Positions 61,437 through 64,000 of a stretch of 64,000 nt of DNA are shown piece by piece; the stretch's first letter is position 1, and each line of letters begins with the position of its first letter. The notes under the pieces were generated by a model. That model was not told where the DNA came from. It saw only the letters and a list, made by a program, of their open reading frames with translations, and searched no databases. The DNA is from an uncultured Gemmatimonadales bacterium (GTDB lineage Bacteria; Gemmatimonadota; Gemmatimonadetes; Longimicrobiales; RSA9). The stretch is from NCBI GenBank assembly GCA_963798845.1, contig CAWCUS010000004.1:224001-288000 (forward strand), in the 5' to 3' direction. The position numbers and the translations under genes were made by a program.

Positions 61437-61789
61437 CGCGGCGCCATCGTCGCCCTCTCATCCGCCGCCGCCCGCCGGCCGTCGGAGCGCTCCACCGCGC
61501 CCTACACCGCGGCCAGGGCGGGCATCGAGCTCCTCACGAAGTCGGCCGCCATTCAGGCGGGGCCGTACAGCGTGCGCGTCAACTGCATCGCGCCGGGGAC
61601 CATCTCGACGGAGCGGACGAGGACCAGATCCCCGCGGAAATGAAAGCATGGCTGGCCGACTCCCATCCGATCCGGCGGCTCGGAACGCCGGAGGACGTGG
61701 CACGTGCCGCGCTCTGGCTGGTTTCCGACGACGCGTCCTGGGTGACCGGCGTGGTTCTGGACGTGGCGGGCGGTGCCGTACTGGTGTGA
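61437..61789 (+). pseudogene. SDR oxidoreductase remnant (C-terminal half, frameshifted)
   Basis: GAIVALSS...YTAAR...VRVNCIAPG in one frame and PIRRLGTPEDVA...VTG..LDVAGG in another; no N-terminal TGxxxGIG. Confidence 0.8.
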
Positions 61790-61985
61790 GCTTCACTTGG
61801 CGGAATTGGACCGCTCGCCCGGCGGTAAATTGGCTTCTGGACGAGACTTGAGACTCCCTTAGCTTACTGGGCCGGGTCCACGGACAACGTCCACCCGGGG
61901 CGGGAGCGAGCATCTTCGGCTGGCGCACCCTCCTGACGTACATCCACGAGTCCACGCTGTGACACCTGCCAGGGGAGCGAACAGG

Positions 61986-62546
61986 ATGCGCAAGATCATC
62001 AACTCAAGCTACGTGACCCTCGACGGCGTCGTCGAGAACCCGCACATGTGGCCGCCCCTGCCGCTCGGCGACGCGGCCGAGCACGACGAGGTGCAGTACG
62101 CGCTCCTCGAGCACTGCGAAGTCCTCCTCATGGGCCGGCGCACCTACGACGCGTTCGCGCCGGTGTGGCCGACCAGGAGCGGTGACCCGGTCTCCGACCG
62201 CATCAACGCCATGCGGAAGGTCGTCGCGTCGACCACCCTGACGCAGCCGGCGTGGAAGAACACCGAGGTCGTCTCCGCGGGACTCGCGGACCGGCTCCGC
62301 GAGTTGAAGCGGGAGGATGGCGGCGACATCGTCCAGTACGGCGTCGGCCCGGTCACGAACCTGATGCTCCGGGAGGGGCTCCTCGACCGGCTCTACCTCT
62401 GGATGCATCCGCTGTTCGTCCGGGCGACGACGCAGGACCTGCTCTTCGATCCGGAGGTCGAGGCGACGTTCGAGCTGCGCGACAGCCAGACGCTGAGCAA
62501 CGGCATCGTCATCCTTCGCTACGACGTACACTCACCGGGCGCGTAG
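61986..62546 (+). CDS. Dihydrofolate reductase/RibD C-terminal family protein
   Basis: MRKII...TLDG, LMGRRTY, KVVASTTL, GGDIVQYG, LLD.L. Confidence 0.85.
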   Translation: MRKIINSSYVTLDGVVENPHMWPPLPLGDAAEHDEVQYALLEHCEVLLMGRRTYDAFAPVWPTRSGDPVSDRINAMRKVVASTTLTQPAWKNTEVVSAGLADRLRELKREDGGDIVQYGVGPVTNLMLREGLLDRLYLWMHPLFVRATTQDLLFDPEVEATFELRDSQTLSNGIVILRYDVHSPGA

Positions 62547-62560
62547 CGTCGGAGGAGAGC

Positions 62561-63022
62561 ATGGTCCACACGTTCCGCACGCGCATCCGCCGCGGTTCGA
62601 CGAAGAACACCACCGGCATCGTCATCCCGCCCGAGGTCATCGAGGCAATGGGACACGGCAGGTGTCCACCGGTGACCGTCACCCTGAACGGCTACACCTA
62701 CCGCTCCACCGTCGCGTCGATGGGCGGCCTCCTCATGGTCGGGCTGAGCGCCGAGCACCGCGAGGCGGCGGGGCTGACGGGGGACGAGGAGCTGGACGTG
62801 ACCGTGGCGTACGACGGGAGCCCCCGCGTCGTCGTCCTCCCGCCGGACCTCAGGGCGGCGCTGGAGGAGCACGGCGTCCTGGACGCCTTCGAGGCGACGG
62901 CGCGCTGGCGCAGGGAGGAGCTAGTCCGGCAGGTGGAGAGCGCGAAGAAGCCGGAGACGCGCGCGCGCCGCATCGCGAAGATCGCGGATTCCCTCTCCGG
63001 CGCTTCGTCAGGGCGGCCATGA
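62561..63022 (+). CDS. DUF1905 plus YdeI/OmpD-associated family protein
   Basis: RBS GGAGG; PPV.VTLNGYTYRST, PPDL..AL, AKKPETRARRI. Confidence 0.85.
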   Translation: MVHTFRTRIRRGSTKNTTGIVIPPEVIEAMGHGRCPPVTVTLNGYTYRSTVASMGGLLMVGLSAEHREAAGLTGDEELDVTVAYDGSPRVVVLPPDLRAALEEHGVLDAFEATARWRREELVRQVESAKKPETRARRIAKIADSLSGASSGRP

Positions 63023-63070
63023 CCGGCCCGACGGACGCCAGGTGACGCCGCGACAGGCCCAGGGGTAGAC

Positions 63071-63200
63071 ATGCCTGACGTCGAGATCCGCGAACGGGAA
63101 GCGCGCGTGAACGGCATCCGCTGCCACTGGACCGAGGCCGGCGAGGGCGCCGCGGTGATCGGCCACGACTGGGGCGCGAACCTCGCCTGGGCGATGGCGT
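63071..63200 (+). pseudogene. Internally deleted alpha/beta-hydrolase (epoxide hydrolase-like) remnant
   Basis: VNGIRCHWTEAGEG is joined directly to VIGHDWGA; the HGFP oxyanion region and C-terminal half are missing. Confidence 0.7.
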
Positions 63201-63238
63201 CGTCGGCAGTGGATTCCGCCCCCCCGCTCCCACGGCCC

Positions 63239-63718
63239 TCAACCCCTCCGCGCCGCCTCGATCGTGGCGATGTCGATCTTCCTCATCGGCATCATGGCCT
63301 CGAACGCGCGCTTCGCCGCTGCCCTGTCGGAGTCCGCCAGCGCTTCGGTCAAGGCCCGCGGGGTGATCTGCCAGGAGAACCCCCACCGGTCCTTGCACCA
63401 GCCGCATGCGCTCTCGCTGCCGCCGTTCTCGACAATCGCGTTCCACAGGCGGTCGGTCTCGGCCTGGTCCTTCGTGTGGACCTGGAATGAGACGCTCTCG
63501 TTCGGCGTGAACTCGGGCCCGCCGTTGAGGCCGAAGCAGGGGACGCCGCATACCGTGAACTCGACCGTCAGCACGTCGCCTTCCACGCCCGAGGGATAGT
63601 CCCCCGGCGCGCGTGCAATCCTGCCCACCGAGCTGTTCGGGAACGTCTCGGCGTAGAACCGCGCCGCTTCCTCCGCGTCGCGGTCGAACCAGAGGCAAAG
63701 CGTCATCCTGTTCGTCAT
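63239..63718 (-). CDS. VOC/PhnB-like (3-demethylubiquinone methyltransferase-like) family protein
   Basis: RBS AAGGAG; CLWFD..AEEAA.FY, LNGGP, CGWCKDRWGFSWQI, M.KIDIA. Confidence 0.9.
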   Translation of the reverse strand: MTNRMTLCLWFDRDAEEAARFYAETFPNSSVGRIARAPGDYPSGVEGDVLTVEFTVCGVPCFGLNGGPEFTPNESVSFQVHTKDQAETDRLWNAIVENGGSESACGWCKDRWGFSWQITPRALTEALADSDRAAAKRAFEAMMPMRKIDIATIEAARRG

Positions 63719-63794
63719 GGTCGTACTCCTTGGATGGTCGGGGATGGCATTTGCACTGCGAGCAGCGCATTCGCAACTCGCCGCCTCCTCCACG

Positions 63795-64000
63795 TCACGA
63801 GGTCGACAGCACCCATCCGCGCCGGCCACGGACCACCGCCACCAGCAACGCACCCACCACGAACGGCATCGCCGCGGCGCCGACCGAGACGCGCAGGGCG
63901 GAAACGACCACGGCGCCGACCATGATGAGGATCAGGCCCGACGCCGCGATGGGCGTGAGCTCACGGTGGATGCGCACCAGCCCCGGCAGGAGCAGCCCGA
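63795..64000 (-). CDS. DoxX-like membrane protein, 3' part (partial)
   Basis: GLLLPGL..I..LTPIAASGL..IMVGA hydrophobic motif; runs off the window. Confidence 0.7.
   Translation of the reverse strand, partial: GLLLPGLVRIHRELTPIAASGLILIMVGAVVVSALRVSVGAAAMPFVVGALLVAVVRGRRGWVLSTS

Overview
High-GC bacterial chromosomal segment. Gene order, protein style and the tmRNA tag ANDNLALAA suggest Gemmatimonadota, but this is an inference. About 60 kb is densely packed, mostly + strand housekeeping DNA, in this order: citrate synthase, icd, pepA; yicC-gmk-rpoZ-coaBC-udg-dnaB-radA-ispD; gap, pgk, tpiA, secG; a 2-oxoacid dehydrogenase E1a/E1b/E2-lipB cluster; rnhA, carA, sppA, HU/IHF; methylmalonyl-CoA mutase, argS, purM, the rib operon and nusB; hprK with a complete mannose-family PTS; metK, recO, selB, dusB, larB and a diguanylate cyclase. 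There are also two ECF sigma/anti-sigma modules. tmRNA (ssrA, 60541-60904) is followed by a degenerate tandem array of ~146-bp units. The units repeat the tmRNA 3' end and carry an antisense copy of its T-arm, and decaying accessory genes follow. The best leads are this ssrA-linked array, an ECF sigma with a membrane anti-sigma bearing a CBM48/AMPK-type glycogen-binding domain, a stand-alone T9SS-CTD/FlgD-like secreted protein, Bacteroidota-like export signatures (+1 Gln, clustered DT[L/T] motifs), a DEDN-type RNase HI, and a small zinc-ribbon gene between gap and pgk. All calls come from reading motifs by eye; no database searches were run.
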